64,000 bases of DNA from the IMG/VR virus record IMGVR_UViG_3300014203_000017; one strand, written 5' to 3'. The position numbers and the translations under genes are program-made. This document shows positions 55,701-64,000 of the stretch, piece after piece. Every line of letters begins with the position of its first letter. Within the stretch, counting starts at the first letter, position 1. The stretch comes from a virus. The notes beneath the pieces are model-generated. The model did no database searches. It was not told the DNA's origin and worked only from the letters and a program-made list of their open reading frames with translations.

Positions 55701-56183
55701 TTATAAAGTTATATTTAAGGCTTTTCCTATTTCTCTTATGGTTTCGCCACGCAGTTTGTCTTTATTCTTATTAACAAATATCACAACTTGACTTTTTTCA
55801 CTTGAACGTAATGTTTTTAATAACGGTAAAAATTCTTTAGCATTTTCTGTTTTTATAGCCGCAAAAATTTTATCTAAACCGATTGGTTCTTCTTTCTTTT
55901 CCTCTTCTTCATAAGCACATAAGCCTAACGAAGCGGCGTCTTTTAAAAGTTCATCTCTATTTTCTATTTTAAATAAACCCAATTTATCATATTGATTGTA
56001 AGCACTTTCTGAAACAAACAATCCCAACGCATAAACATAAGGTACAATAATCTTTTTAGTTTGAGCCCCAAAATGAAATCTACGTTTTGGTAAAGTTGTA
56101 TCGTACGCTTCAAGATAGAATGTTAAACTTCCCATAGTATTTTTAACAAAAGTATATGCTTTATTTTTCTTCTCTTCTTCCAT
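55701..56183 (-). CDS. Hypothetical protein (160 aa)
   Basis: AAGGAG RBS, between capsid and adaptor genes. Confidence 0.8.
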   Translation of the reverse strand: MEEEKKNKAYTFVKNTMGSLTFYLEAYDTTLPKRRFHFGAQTKKIIVPYVYALGLFVSESAYNQYDKLGLFKIENRDELLKDAASLGLCAYEEEEKKEEPIGLDKIFAAIKTENAKEFLPLLKTLRSSEKSQVVIFVNKNKDKLRGETIREIGKALNITL

Positions 56184-56210
56184 AATTTTCTCCTTCCTTT
56201 TTAATAAGGT

Positions 56211-56236
56211 AGTAGGGTCTAATTAAAGACCCTACT
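56211..56236 (-). terminator. 10-bp hairpin after major capsid gene, partial terminator or mRNA stabiliser
   Basis: AGTAGGGTCT-AATTAA-AGACCCTACT; only a weak U tract. Confidence 0.6.
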
Positions 56237-56255
56237 TGTAGTCGTCTAATTTAGT

Positions 56256-57302
56256 CTAGTATAACCAATTATCAGCTTCTGCTGTGGCAATATCTGTATC
56301 GGTATAAATACCTATATTACTATAAGTTAAGATGCCAACACCCATTATTCTGTGATAGTTAAGTTCTTCTGAACCAACAGCGTGCACATTTTCTTGAGTA
56401 TAACCTTCTCCCTTGAAAGCGATATATACAGGTTTCCCTTGAGCTGGTAAGATGAAAGCATCTTTTTCTGAGAACGCCCATGTTGCATTAGTATTGTCGT
56501 CCATGATATAGTTAGGTAAAACTATAACAGGAGTGCCATGATACACTGAAATGTAACCATTATTTCTAATTTCATCTAAGTCTTGAGTTGGAGTGTTAGG
56601 TGTACCAACAGTATCTGTTCTATTAGTAATTTTGTCCGCGAATGCTTTAAAGCAAACAATGACAGGGTCTCCATAAGCGCTAACAACACGAATGATTTTA
56701 CCCAAATCAGCATCTTCAACTCCAGCGGCTGCGGCACTGTTTACAGCTGGTGCGTTAAGAGCAATAGAACGTAAGGCTTTAATAACTTCACCATATAATT
56801 TTTGTTGCAAAGATTCGACAATTAAGTCTAACAATTCTGCGAGAGTTCTTTTACCTAAAATAATCTCTTCTAATGTAATATAAGCACCAGCGGTGTAAGT
56901 CTTACATTTAATAGTGAACTCTTTGTCATCTAATCTTTTACTCTCATAGATACCGCCACGAGCGCCTTCTACGACAGCTGTCATAACATGATTTCTACCA
57001 GTGTTTTTAACTATGAATTTTACTTCTTCATCTATTCCGAAGCTTTTTACATTAGCCCAACGTCCAACAACATCTTCCATACGTTTTGGCAATACTTCAT
57101 CAATAATTTCATCAATTACTGTAAAGTTAACATCACGAAGGTCTCTTACTGTAGTTTCTGGTGTAACATTATAGTATTTCTTAAATGCGTTAATTAATGC
57201 TGAATTTGCATCTGAGAAATTAACTTTTGAATTATTATTCAAAGCGCCAAAAGCTAATTTTTTTAAATCTTCTTTATTCATTTTTAAATCTTGTTTATCC
57301 AT
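56256..57302 (-). CDS. Major capsid protein (HK97 fold)
   Basis: 348 aa after protease and decoration genes; IIDEIIDEVLP..LAELLDLI..YHGTPVIVL; biased codons. Confidence 0.85.
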   Translation of the reverse strand: MDKQDLKMNKEDLKKLAFGALNNNSKVNFSDANSALINAFKKYYNVTPETTVRDLRDVNFTVIDEIIDEVLPKRMEDVVGRWANVKSFGIDEEVKFIVKNTGRNHVMTAVVEGARGGIYESKRLDDKEFTIKCKTYTAGAYITLEEIILGKRTLAELLDLIVESLQQKLYGEVIKALRSIALNAPAVNSAAAAGVEDADLGKIIRVVSAYGDPVIVCFKAFADKITNRTDTVGTPNTPTQDLDEIRNNGYISVYHGTPVIVLPNYIMDDNTNATWAFSEKDAFILPAQGKPVYIAFKGEGYTQENVHAVGSEELNYHRIMGVGILTYSNIGIYTDTDIATAEADNWLY

Positions 57303-57323
57303 TTTTATACCTCTATATCTCTA

Positions 57324-57842
57324 TTAAGCTAATGTACGATTAAGGAAAGTAAATTTGAACCCTTCCTTACCATTAGGCATTCTTGTTCTTGTAGCAATAA
57401 ATTGAGCTCCTGTTGTCGCTACTTGTAAATTAAGTACTCCTTTAACAGGTTTTGCATAACAATCAGTTACAGTATCTGCAACTCCATTTTTCGCAAAATT
57501 ATCTGTGGTAAACACGTCACCTTCATAAAGTGCAATAGCTCTTGGATAAACTTTGCCATCGACGAATGGTTCACCTTGTTGGTCCAAACCAACATAAGCT
57601 CCATCAATAAGCTCTTCATTGTAAACTAAGAACATTCCTGTTCCGTCAGCATAGTTCTTAATTGTACCATCAGCATCTAAAGAAACAATAACGCCATTTT
57701 CTAAAACATCTGTTGTTCCAAAAGTAGTGTGCGCAATATTATCAACTAATGCAACTTGTTGCGCCAAAACATGACCAATTCTTAGTCCTGTCAATTTATT
57801 AGGTTCTACAACCTTAAAACTTGGTCTTAATTCAATACTCAT
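57324..57842 (-). CDS. Capsid decoration / cement protein
   Basis: 172 aa between scaffold and MCP; VEPNKL..GHVLAQ..ENGVIV..EGDVFTT. Confidence 0.6.
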   Translation of the reverse strand: MSIELRPSFKVVEPNKLTGLRIGHVLAQQVALVDNIAHTTFGTTDVLENGVIVSLDADGTIKNYADGTGMFLVYNEELIDGAYVGLDQQGEPFVDGKVYPRAIALYEGDVFTTDNFAKNGVADTVTDCYAKPVKGVLNLQVATTGAQFIATRTRMPNGKEGFKFTFLNRTLA

Positions 57843-57864
57843 ATATTTTTTTCCTCTCTATTCC

Positions 57865-59271
57865 CTAATCTTTATATAAATCAACTAAACTCTCATAAGA
57901 ATTATTGTTGATTTCTTTGTTTCCATCATTGTTGGATACGCATATATTGTTTAAATCATATCCAGCTCTGAACACAACAGTGGTATTAGGTTCTTTATTT
58001 TTTTCTTTTTGTTTCTCCACTGCTTTACGGAAACTTACAGCCAATTTAACTTCTAACTCATCTGCGCTAAAATCTTTAATTTTGGCTTTATAATCTTTTA
58101 AAACACTTTCTTCTAAGTCACCTTTATAAGAATCAATGATACTTATTTTTTTCGCATTTCTAAAGGCTTCAAGTTCTTCTTTTTCACTATCAGATAATGC
58201 GGAGGCACTTGGTGCACTAAAGACTTGTTTATCTTCTTTAGGTTGTTCTTTGTGTTCTTCGTCATTTTTTCCTTCTTTTGCTTTAAAATTATCTTCTTTT
58301 TTATCTGTCTTTTCTTCCACTTTCTTTTCTGTAAAAACTGAATTTGGTGTTGGTTTTGGAAGAGCGTCAATTTCTTCTGGTGTCAAATAACGAGCTATAA
58401 CATCAACAGATTTGCCGAAAGTAATGTTGTTATTTTCATCAATTTTATAATCAACTCTTTTATAACTTGTTTGCCAAGTGTTGTAGTCAAGTACTTCTGC
58501 CACACAGACGTTATCATCAATTTGTGCGATATACAATCCATATTGCTCTCCGTACTCTGCTTGCAATGCTTTAGCTACCAAACTAGTTTTTTCTTCATAG
58601 TTTAGTGCATAGAAGTCAGATATGATACTAAAAGCTTTTTTCTTTTCGTCCATTTCTTTACCTCTCTTTTCTATTTCTTCTTTTTTCACTGAGAAGAAAT
58701 AATCACAACGTTTCTTAAAATTTTTTAATTCTTTGAGTTTTTTGTTTTCTCCAAAGAACATTGAGCCTTCGAAGGCTGGCTTTTGTTCTGTACCCAATAC
58801 GCTTAGTCCAATAATAGCACCTTCTGTAAAATGAATTTTAGCTTCACCGTTCTCACTAACTACTTCGTATTTAGTTTTGTTTGGATCTAACTCAAGAGAT
58901 TGTGGATGTCCAACAATTTTGTTCGCCACTTCACTAATATTGTCTCCTCTATTAGTAAATAGCGTTACTTCTGCCGTAAGCCATTTCACTCCCTCTTCAT
59001 CTTCCTCGAAACCATCAAGGGCATTGACATAACCATAAACATATTGTTTACTATTGTGTCCTAAGAAATCTTCTTTAACCGTACTGTAATACCCAACAAC
59101 AGGGCTTCCGATTATGGTATCACTTAAAGTGCTGCTAAATTTTTCATCAAAGATACGACCATCTACGGTCTCTCCTACATAGAAAACTTTTAGTTTCGCT
59201 TTTGTGTTGCCATTCTCTTGCTCTTCAAAATTGGAAACATATGCAGGTATTGAATTAATATTTTTATTCAT
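57865..59271 (-). CDS. Prohead protease fused to scaffold
   Basis: N-terminal GSPVVGYY..DFLGH..QSLEL..GLSVLG..PAFEGS; charged helical C-terminal half; start at GAGG-led ATG 59271. Confidence 0.8.
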   Translation of the reverse strand: MNKNINSIPAYVSNFEEQENGNTKAKLKVFYVGETVDGRIFDEKFSSTLSDTIIGSPVVGYYSTVKEDFLGHNSKQYVYGYVNALDGFEEDEEGVKWLTAEVTLFTNRGDNISEVANKIVGHPQSLELDPNKTKYEVVSENGEAKIHFTEGAIIGLSVLGTEQKPAFEGSMFFGENKKLKELKNFKKRCDYFFSVKKEEIEKRGKEMDEKKKAFSIISDFYALNYEEKTSLVAKALQAEYGEQYGLYIAQIDDNVCVAEVLDYNTWQTSYKRVDYKIDENNNITFGKSVDVIARYLTPEEIDALPKPTPNSVFTEKKVEEKTDKKEDNFKAKEGKNDEEHKEQPKEDKQVFSAPSASALSDSEKEELEAFRNAKKISIIDSYKGDLEESVLKDYKAKIKDFSADELEVKLAVSFRKAVEKQKEKNKEPNTTVVFRAGYDLNNICVSNNDGNKEINNNSYESLVDLYKD

Positions 59272-60775
59272 TATTTTCCTCACCTGTTTTAGAATCTTCG
59301 GTTTCCTTATTATCATCATTTCCTTCACTTTCATCTGTTTTTGATGTTTCTTCTGTACTACCCGTAGATGCAGTAGTATGAGAACTTTGTAAAGGTAATA
59401 ATTTTTTGGGTAAACCCAAGAATTCTTCTAATTTCATTGTAGAGTCTAACTCTACTTGTTTAGTACCTGTTGAGATAATGAAATCAATAATTCCAACTCC
59501 CAATGTAGCATTTTCATTATATTGACTTATTTTATTTTTTTCATTATAATGAGTAATTGGTAAAATAGTTAATCCTAACTGATAATTACCAAAATTATGT
59601 ATATTATTAATAGCTAAATTTAAGGCATTTACAATTTGTTCTATGTATTGCCATACCATAGCCGCGTCGCGCTCTGTTGAAATCTGAATGCTCTCTGATG
59701 TGGTGCCTGTAAATAAGTTTGAATTTACTCCAGCACTTGCAAATATTCCAGCATAAGCTCTTTGTAAAGCTTGATCTTGAACGTTATTTGTTTGCTGTAA
59801 TTGTTTTACATCAATTTTACCAATAGTAGTAACAAGTTTTGTGCCATCATTGTCATTTTCAATATTGTTAGCCACTGAATTATGTAATTGTTCAAGTTCG
59901 TCCATTGTAATACCACTTTTTTCTGGATCGATTTCTTGAGTAACAATACGTTCTAGTTTATTGGTATTACTGTTTAATTCATTTATTTTATAAGTTTTAT
60001 AATCAATTATATCATAGAAACTATTTAGGAAACTAGGGAAACCCGTTTCATTCATAGAAATACAGGTAGTAGTACGTCCATTTAATACCACATATCTTTT
60101 TTTATTATCCTTTTTATATTCGTGATAATTATCTTTAAATTCTTTAGGAAAACATTCTAAGAATGTTTCTATTTGTTCTTTATCTAATCTTAAACTATCG
60201 AAGAAATAATTGTCAAATACAACTTCATAAGTACCAAATTGTGTTTGTAAACCTGGTTTACAATAATTATTCGGCAATTTTAATGTTGTTATTGTTTTAC
60301 TACTAGAATTACCAGCGAAACATAAATAAACTCGCCCGTTTTTAAATAAAGATAATAATATGTCTGGCATTGTTGTTTCTAAACTAAGTCCTTCCGCAAA
60401 ATCTAACATTGCTTTATATTCTGTGGCGTAATCAGTTTTACCAGCGATCTCTTCCTTATCCTTTATTTTTCTTGGAACTATTTTATATCTCCAATAATAC
60501 ATATTAGCGTAATAATTTAAAATATTTGCATAAATTTGATTTTGCGCATAAAGTGTATTAGATAATTTAATATTTTGCTCTAATTGTGAACCTGGTTTTC
60601 TAAAATAAGGGTCCAGCATATCTCCATTTACAAAAGTGGATAAATCACTAGCGTCTACATGCAATGACCTAGGATCTGTCACGTTTCTAGCCGTTGCAAG
60701 AGTGCGATATAATTGTACGAGAGGTTTACGCCTTATGCTAAAACTCCCCATTCTTCTTTGCTTTTGATTTGTCAT
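59264..60775 (-). CDS. Portal protein
   Basis: 503 aa between terminase and protease; acidic tail; start could be 60751. Confidence 0.8.
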   Translation of the reverse strand: MTNQKQRRMGSFSIRRKPLVQLYRTLATARNVTDPRSLHVDASDLSTFVNGDMLDPYFRKPGSQLEQNIKLSNTLYAQNQIYANILNYYANMYYWRYKIVPRKIKDKEEIAGKTDYATEYKAMLDFAEGLSLETTMPDILLSLFKNGRVYLCFAGNSSSKTITTLKLPNNYCKPGLQTQFGTYEVVFDNYFFDSLRLDKEQIETFLECFPKEFKDNYHEYKKDNKKRYVVLNGRTTTCISMNETGFPSFLNSFYDIIDYKTYKINELNSNTNKLERIVTQEIDPEKSGITMDELEQLHNSVANNIENDNDGTKLVTTIGKIDVKQLQQTNNVQDQALQRAYAGIFASAGVNSNLFTGTTSESIQISTERDAAMVWQYIEQIVNALNLAINNIHNFGNYQLGLTILPITHYNEKNKISQYNENATLGVGIIDFIISTGTKQVELDSTMKLEEFLGLPKKLLPLQSSHTTASTGSTEETSKTDESEGNDDNKETEDSKTGEENNE

Positions 60776-60783
60776 TAATTTTA

Positions 60784-62658
60784 TTATCTTCCCCTCCGAC
60801 TAAAGTTCCTTCTACGACTACTCAGAGAATTATTATTTCTACGTTTTTTTATAGTTGTTCCAGATACAAATGATGGAACTTTATAACGTTGTTGTTTCAT
60901 AAGTTTTTTATAATAAGGCAATTCAATTACTTGCATAGCCCCATAAACTACATATTCACAAGCTGAAAAGAAATCTTTTTGAATATTTTTATTTCTACGC
61001 TCAATAATAATATTTTGTTTTAATGCGTCACTAGTATCTTTAATATCTAAGTTTTTAAATTCTACTTCTAGTTGATCTGTAAAACGATATGGACGCATAA
61101 TACGGTCTTTCTTCTGCGTAGAAGCTTCTACAAATTTTTTTTGAGTTTCAAGCATTTGCAATGCTGCCGCAGAACTAACCAAGAATTTAATAGAACCGCT
61201 ACTTATTTTGCTCATTAGAGTTGAGTGAATTTGTGAAGCAACATTTCCGCCACTCTTTATTTCATAAACAATATTTTGTTTAGGATTGTTGTATTTTATT
61301 ACTGTTTTTTCGGCTGAAGGTGGTGGATTAATAATCCCCAACCCTTCCAATGGCATACCATCTTTTGTGCGCGAAGGTTTATTCAACCAATCTCTTAAAC
61401 CAGCCCCAACGCCGTTTGCATCATATATTAATAATGAAGCTTTGTATTTTATGGCAGTTTGTTTTAAAATATTTGCTTGTACAGAGAAATCGGTACTAGC
61501 AATTACAAAAGTATTTACTTCTCTATAATTGCAACTATAGTCGCCGAAACTTAATCTACAAACAATAACAACCGTTTCTGCCGCACCGTCTTTAGAAACA
61601 TCAACACCAATAACATATTTGTGTCCCATTTCCAAGGCATCTTTTCTAGCCGCATATTCAGCTCTCTTAACTTTTCTAAGTTTACTAATAGTATCTTTTG
61701 AGAATGCCGCGCCGCTCAATTCATGAGACCAAATACTACGATACTCTCTATCTGCACTGTCTGCTTTGAAACTTGGAGAACTTAGAATTTCTCTCATTGT
61801 TTCTTCAACCAATCTACCGTGCATAATTAATACTTTATATGAACCACCCATAACAGCATATTTTTTAGGATCAATAATACTGAAACAAAGTGTTTCTACT
61901 AATTTTTCATAGGCATATGTGCCGACATATCCAGCAGAAGTAATAAATATTTTACTCCCCTGCGGCTCATTTGGATTTACTTCTCCAAATTTGTTATATC
62001 TAATTGTGTTTAATAATGGAATAACAGATTCATTAATATACTCTCCGTCTAAGAGTATTACCTCATCAAATATACCACCATTTCGTCTACCACCACGAAT
62101 TGCGCCACCAATAACATCGAATATAGAACCATTAGTGAAATCAAATTCAACGTGGTCTCCGCCATCTTTATAAGCTTGTTTCATCTTACCAGCTACTCTG
62201 AACTTTTTCATTTCGTTTCGCAATAGTGGGAAACGAACCCATAAGTCATCAATAACTTTTTCTTTTGCTATTGCGGCAATTTGTTTTTTAGTACCAGCAA
62301 CAGCGAAACCATGATAATTGGGAACAAACATACAACGTTGATACATTGCCAAGTTTGCAAGGAACGACTTTGAAAAGCCTCTTGTAAATGTGCCGTAAAA
62401 TTGACGTTTTCTTTGCATTTGTCTTAACACCATACGTTGTTCAAAAAATAAACTAAATTTACTATCTTTTGGCGTCATTATATCTGCAAAAATATCAGGA
62501 TACATCAACAATGTATTCATTGCTTTTGTATATAGTGGTAATTGTTTTTCTATTCTATCTTTTGTGACGCATTGATTATTTTTAAAATCATTGTCATCTA
62601 AGAAGGTTATGTAGTCTGCGATTGGATCATCAGTAGGTTGGATCGTCAATTTCATCAT
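60784..62658 (-). CDS. terL: Terminase large subunit
   Basis: TRGFSKS Walker A, RGGRRNGGIFDE Walker B, ITSAG, nuclease IGVDVS, YDANGVG, KDFFSA. Confidence 0.93.
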   Translation of the reverse strand: MMKLTIQPTDDPIADYITFLDDNDFKNNQCVTKDRIEKQLPLYTKAMNTLLMYPDIFADIMTPKDSKFSLFFEQRMVLRQMQRKRQFYGTFTRGFSKSFLANLAMYQRCMFVPNYHGFAVAGTKKQIAAIAKEKVIDDLWVRFPLLRNEMKKFRVAGKMKQAYKDGGDHVEFDFTNGSIFDVIGGAIRGGRRNGGIFDEVILLDGEYINESVIPLLNTIRYNKFGEVNPNEPQGSKIFITSAGYVGTYAYEKLVETLCFSIIDPKKYAVMGGSYKVLIMHGRLVEETMREILSSPSFKADSADREYRSIWSHELSGAAFSKDTISKLRKVKRAEYAARKDALEMGHKYVIGVDVSKDGAAETVVIVCRLSFGDYSCNYREVNTFVIASTDFSVQANILKQTAIKYKASLLIYDANGVGAGLRDWLNKPSRTKDGMPLEGLGIINPPPSAEKTVIKYNNPKQNIVYEIKSGGNVASQIHSTLMSKISSGSIKFLVSSAAALQMLETQKKFVEASTQKKDRIMRPYRFTDQLEVEFKNLDIKDTSDALKQNIIIERRNKNIQKDFFSACEYVVYGAMQVIELPYYKKLMKQQRYKVPSFVSGTTIKKRRNNNSLSSRRRNFSRRGR

Positions 62659-63634
62659 CGTCTCCCAAATCTATATCATCTGCTTCAATTTCTTTATCAA
62701 AATCTACATTTTTTCCTTCTTTTGCATTATTGAATGCGGTTTCCAAATCTTCTAGTGGTTTACGTTTTGCCGCACTATTTAATGTTTCGGCTTGCATTTT
62801 TTGTTTATATTGATTTTCAATAACTTCGTATGTTGTCGTAATTCCCGCATTATCTATGACGAAATTACGAGTCCATTCTTCTAAATCTTGAATAGTTTTA
62901 TCTACAACATCTCTTGTAACATCATCGTAATATTGAAAAACTCCGCCGCTATCTTCGATAAACTTACATAAGTCAGCTACCGTAGACAACACATTATCAT
63001 CACTAACTTCGACCAAATCATCTAATCCAGCACTTTTAACAAGAGTCGTGTGCATTTTATTGAACTCTGCGGCACTTTGAATGTCGCCATCTTCTAAAGC
63101 TTGGTCCATTTCAACACTTACTATTGCAATTTTTTTAATAATATCAAGAGTTAAGGGGTTGGTAATACTGTTACTTTTTACAGTATTTGTATATAAATCT
63201 TCAAGTTTTAAATACTGTTGAAATGAATATTTTGGTCCCCATTTAATTTGCATACGTTTTACAAAACCATCTTTAATTGGTGTTATACGTGAAATTAATT
63301 CTTCATTAGTAAGATCTTTTTGCCACTCTTTATTCATTCTTTCCCATAACAAGTCTGTTTTATCACTGTTGTATAAAGACTTTGGGTTTTCTGCGGCTAC
63401 CACATTAACGTATTCTTCAAATACTTTTGGACCGCTTACTTTTTCAATTTCCAACCATTTATTCGGATCAAAAGGTAGATTATATGTTTTACAAAAAAAA
63501 TTTGCTTCTTTTAAATTTTTTCTATCTATTTCTTTATTAAGACAATCACTGCATACAGAACCAACAATAGGATTGTTGCTTTTTATTAATACAGTTTTTT
63601 TACCACATAAAGAACAGTTACCAATAATTTTCAT
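62630..63634 (-). CDS. Zn-finger protein upstream of terL, candidate terminase small subunit
   Basis: CSLC..CSDC; helical body; acidic tail; start at AAGGAG-led ATG 63634. Confidence 0.55.
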   Translation of the reverse strand: MKIIGNCSLCGKKTVLIKSNNPIVGSVCSDCLNKEIDRKNLKEANFFCKTYNLPFDPNKWLEIEKVSGPKVFEEYVNVVAAENPKSLYNSDKTDLLWERMNKEWQKDLTNEELISRITPIKDGFVKRMQIKWGPKYSFQQYLKLEDLYTNTVKSNSITNPLTLDIIKKIAIVSVEMDQALEDGDIQSAAEFNKMHTTLVKSAGLDDLVEVSDDNVLSTVADLCKFIEDSGGVFQYYDDVTRDVVDKTIQDLEEWTRNFVIDNAGITTTYEVIENQYKQKMQAETLNSAAKRKPLEDLETAFNNAKEGKNVDFDKEIEADDIDLGDDDEIDDPTY

Positions 63635-63657
63635 AATTCTCTCCTTTATACATATAT

Positions 63658-63687
63658 AGTATACCATCTTTTGAGCTAGGTTTCCAA
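63658..63687 (-). promoter_or_regulatory. Promoter heading the virion module
   Basis: Minus strand TTGGAA, 18 bp, TG-G-TATACT. Confidence 0.7.
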
Positions 63688-63711
63688 TCTGTAAACGTGT
63701 ATATCAAAAAT

Positions 63712-63740
63712 TTGTGTACCTCCACAAAAGGCGTTATAAT
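63712..63740 (+). promoter_or_regulatory. Divergent rightward sigmaA-type promoter
   Basis: TTGTGT, 17 bp, TATAAT followed by ATATATATA. Confidence 0.8.
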
Positions 63741-63785
63741 ATATATATAAAGTGGGAAAGTGTAGTACCACAAGGAGTAAGAATA

Positions 63786-64000
63786 ATGAATTTAACAGAA
63801 GAAAAGAATAAAATTGAAGAGAGCTTGAAGAAACAAATCGAAGAACGAGTCGGCAAAAATGTTAACGTTGCGGTAAAATACGACTTTGAAAAAAATATAG
63901 TAAATGTAATTCTACTATCAAGCCTCAATAAAGATAATACACAAATAGAGGTCCATAGAATTAGTTATCAAATTAATGAAGGACGCATTGCGATAGTTAG
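63786..64000 (+). CDS. Hypothetical protein, 3'-truncated by the window edge
   Basis: AAGGAG RBS, ATG 63786, open to the end (MNLTEEKNKIEESLKKQ...). Confidence 0.75.
   Translation, partial: MNLTEEKNKIEESLKKQIEERVGKNVNVAVKYDFEKNIVNVILLSSLNKDNTQIEVHRISYQINEGRIAIV

Larger units (their letters stand above)
1..64000. mobile_element. Fragment of a large tailed dsDNA phage (siphovirus-like) genome
   Basis: Terminase, portal, capsid, tail tube, tape measure and Dit on the - strand; phage-type replication genes on the + strand; no host genes, integrase or att site seen. Confidence 0.96.

Noticed and set aside
8776-62658. Inteins or introns in nrdD, gyrA/B, dnaB, dnaE or terL
   Set aside because: Motif spacing and lengths are ordinary; no LAGLIDADG blocks or HN-C/S/T junctions seen
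383-63928. Many short overlapping ORFs in the six-frame track (e.g. 872-1111, 32147-32557, 35321-35650, 35974-36354, 49158-49469, 63734-63928)
   Set aside because: They are antisense or off-frame shadows of well-supported genes and lack RBSs
1-64000. Stop-codon reassignment
   Set aside because: Genes are full length in code 11, and TAG (12278, 16681, 23042) and TGA (26011, 29357, 34457) end genes right at the next RBS, start or promoter
1-64000. tRNA genes, rRNA, CRISPR arrays, integrase or att sites
   Set aside because: Intergenic gaps are short and contain no cloverleaf, repeat-spacer array or recombinase gene that I can detect by eye

Overview
The whole window is a fragment of a large, AT-rich (roughly 30% GC by eye, not computed) tailed dsDNA phage genome read in the standard genetic code, with no host housekeeping genes. 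Shine-Dalgarno sites and about a dozen sigmaA-type promoters (TTGxxx-17-TATAAT/TATACT) point to a low-GC Bacillota- or Mollicute-like host. The + strand from 1 to 35.9 kb carries nucleotide metabolism (dUTPase, NrdH/NrdD/NrdG) and an almost complete bacterial-type replisome: DnaE, two DEDDh exonucleases, DnaB, DnaG, SSB, RecJ, RNase H, ATP ligase, UvrD-like helicase, a two-subunit type IIA topoisomerase and a RuvC-like resolvase. The - strand from 35.9 to 63.6 kb is a siphovirus-like virion module running from terminase through portal, protease/scaffold, capsid, connectors, tail tube, tape measure, Dit, RBP and Tal to holin-like genes, with no recognisable endolysin. A divergent promoter pair at 63.7 kb opens a new rightward operon. 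The most unusual items are: (1) a self-contained accessory cassette at 0.7-8.5 kb, far from the tail module, encoding a membrane HExxH protein, a 1962-aa mosaic adhesin fibre and a partner protein, bracketed by two structured non-coding elements, one of which has its own promoter and terminator; (2) an H-type pseudoknot plus A-rich leader ahead of the SSB gene, reminiscent of T4 gene 32 autoregulation; (3) a radical-SAM-like protein lacking its CxxxCxxC motif, coupled to dnaE; (4) a separately promoted pair of genes inside the tail module, one tube-like and one with a PD-(D/E)xK-like motif. All family calls are by-eye motif recognition; no searches were run.
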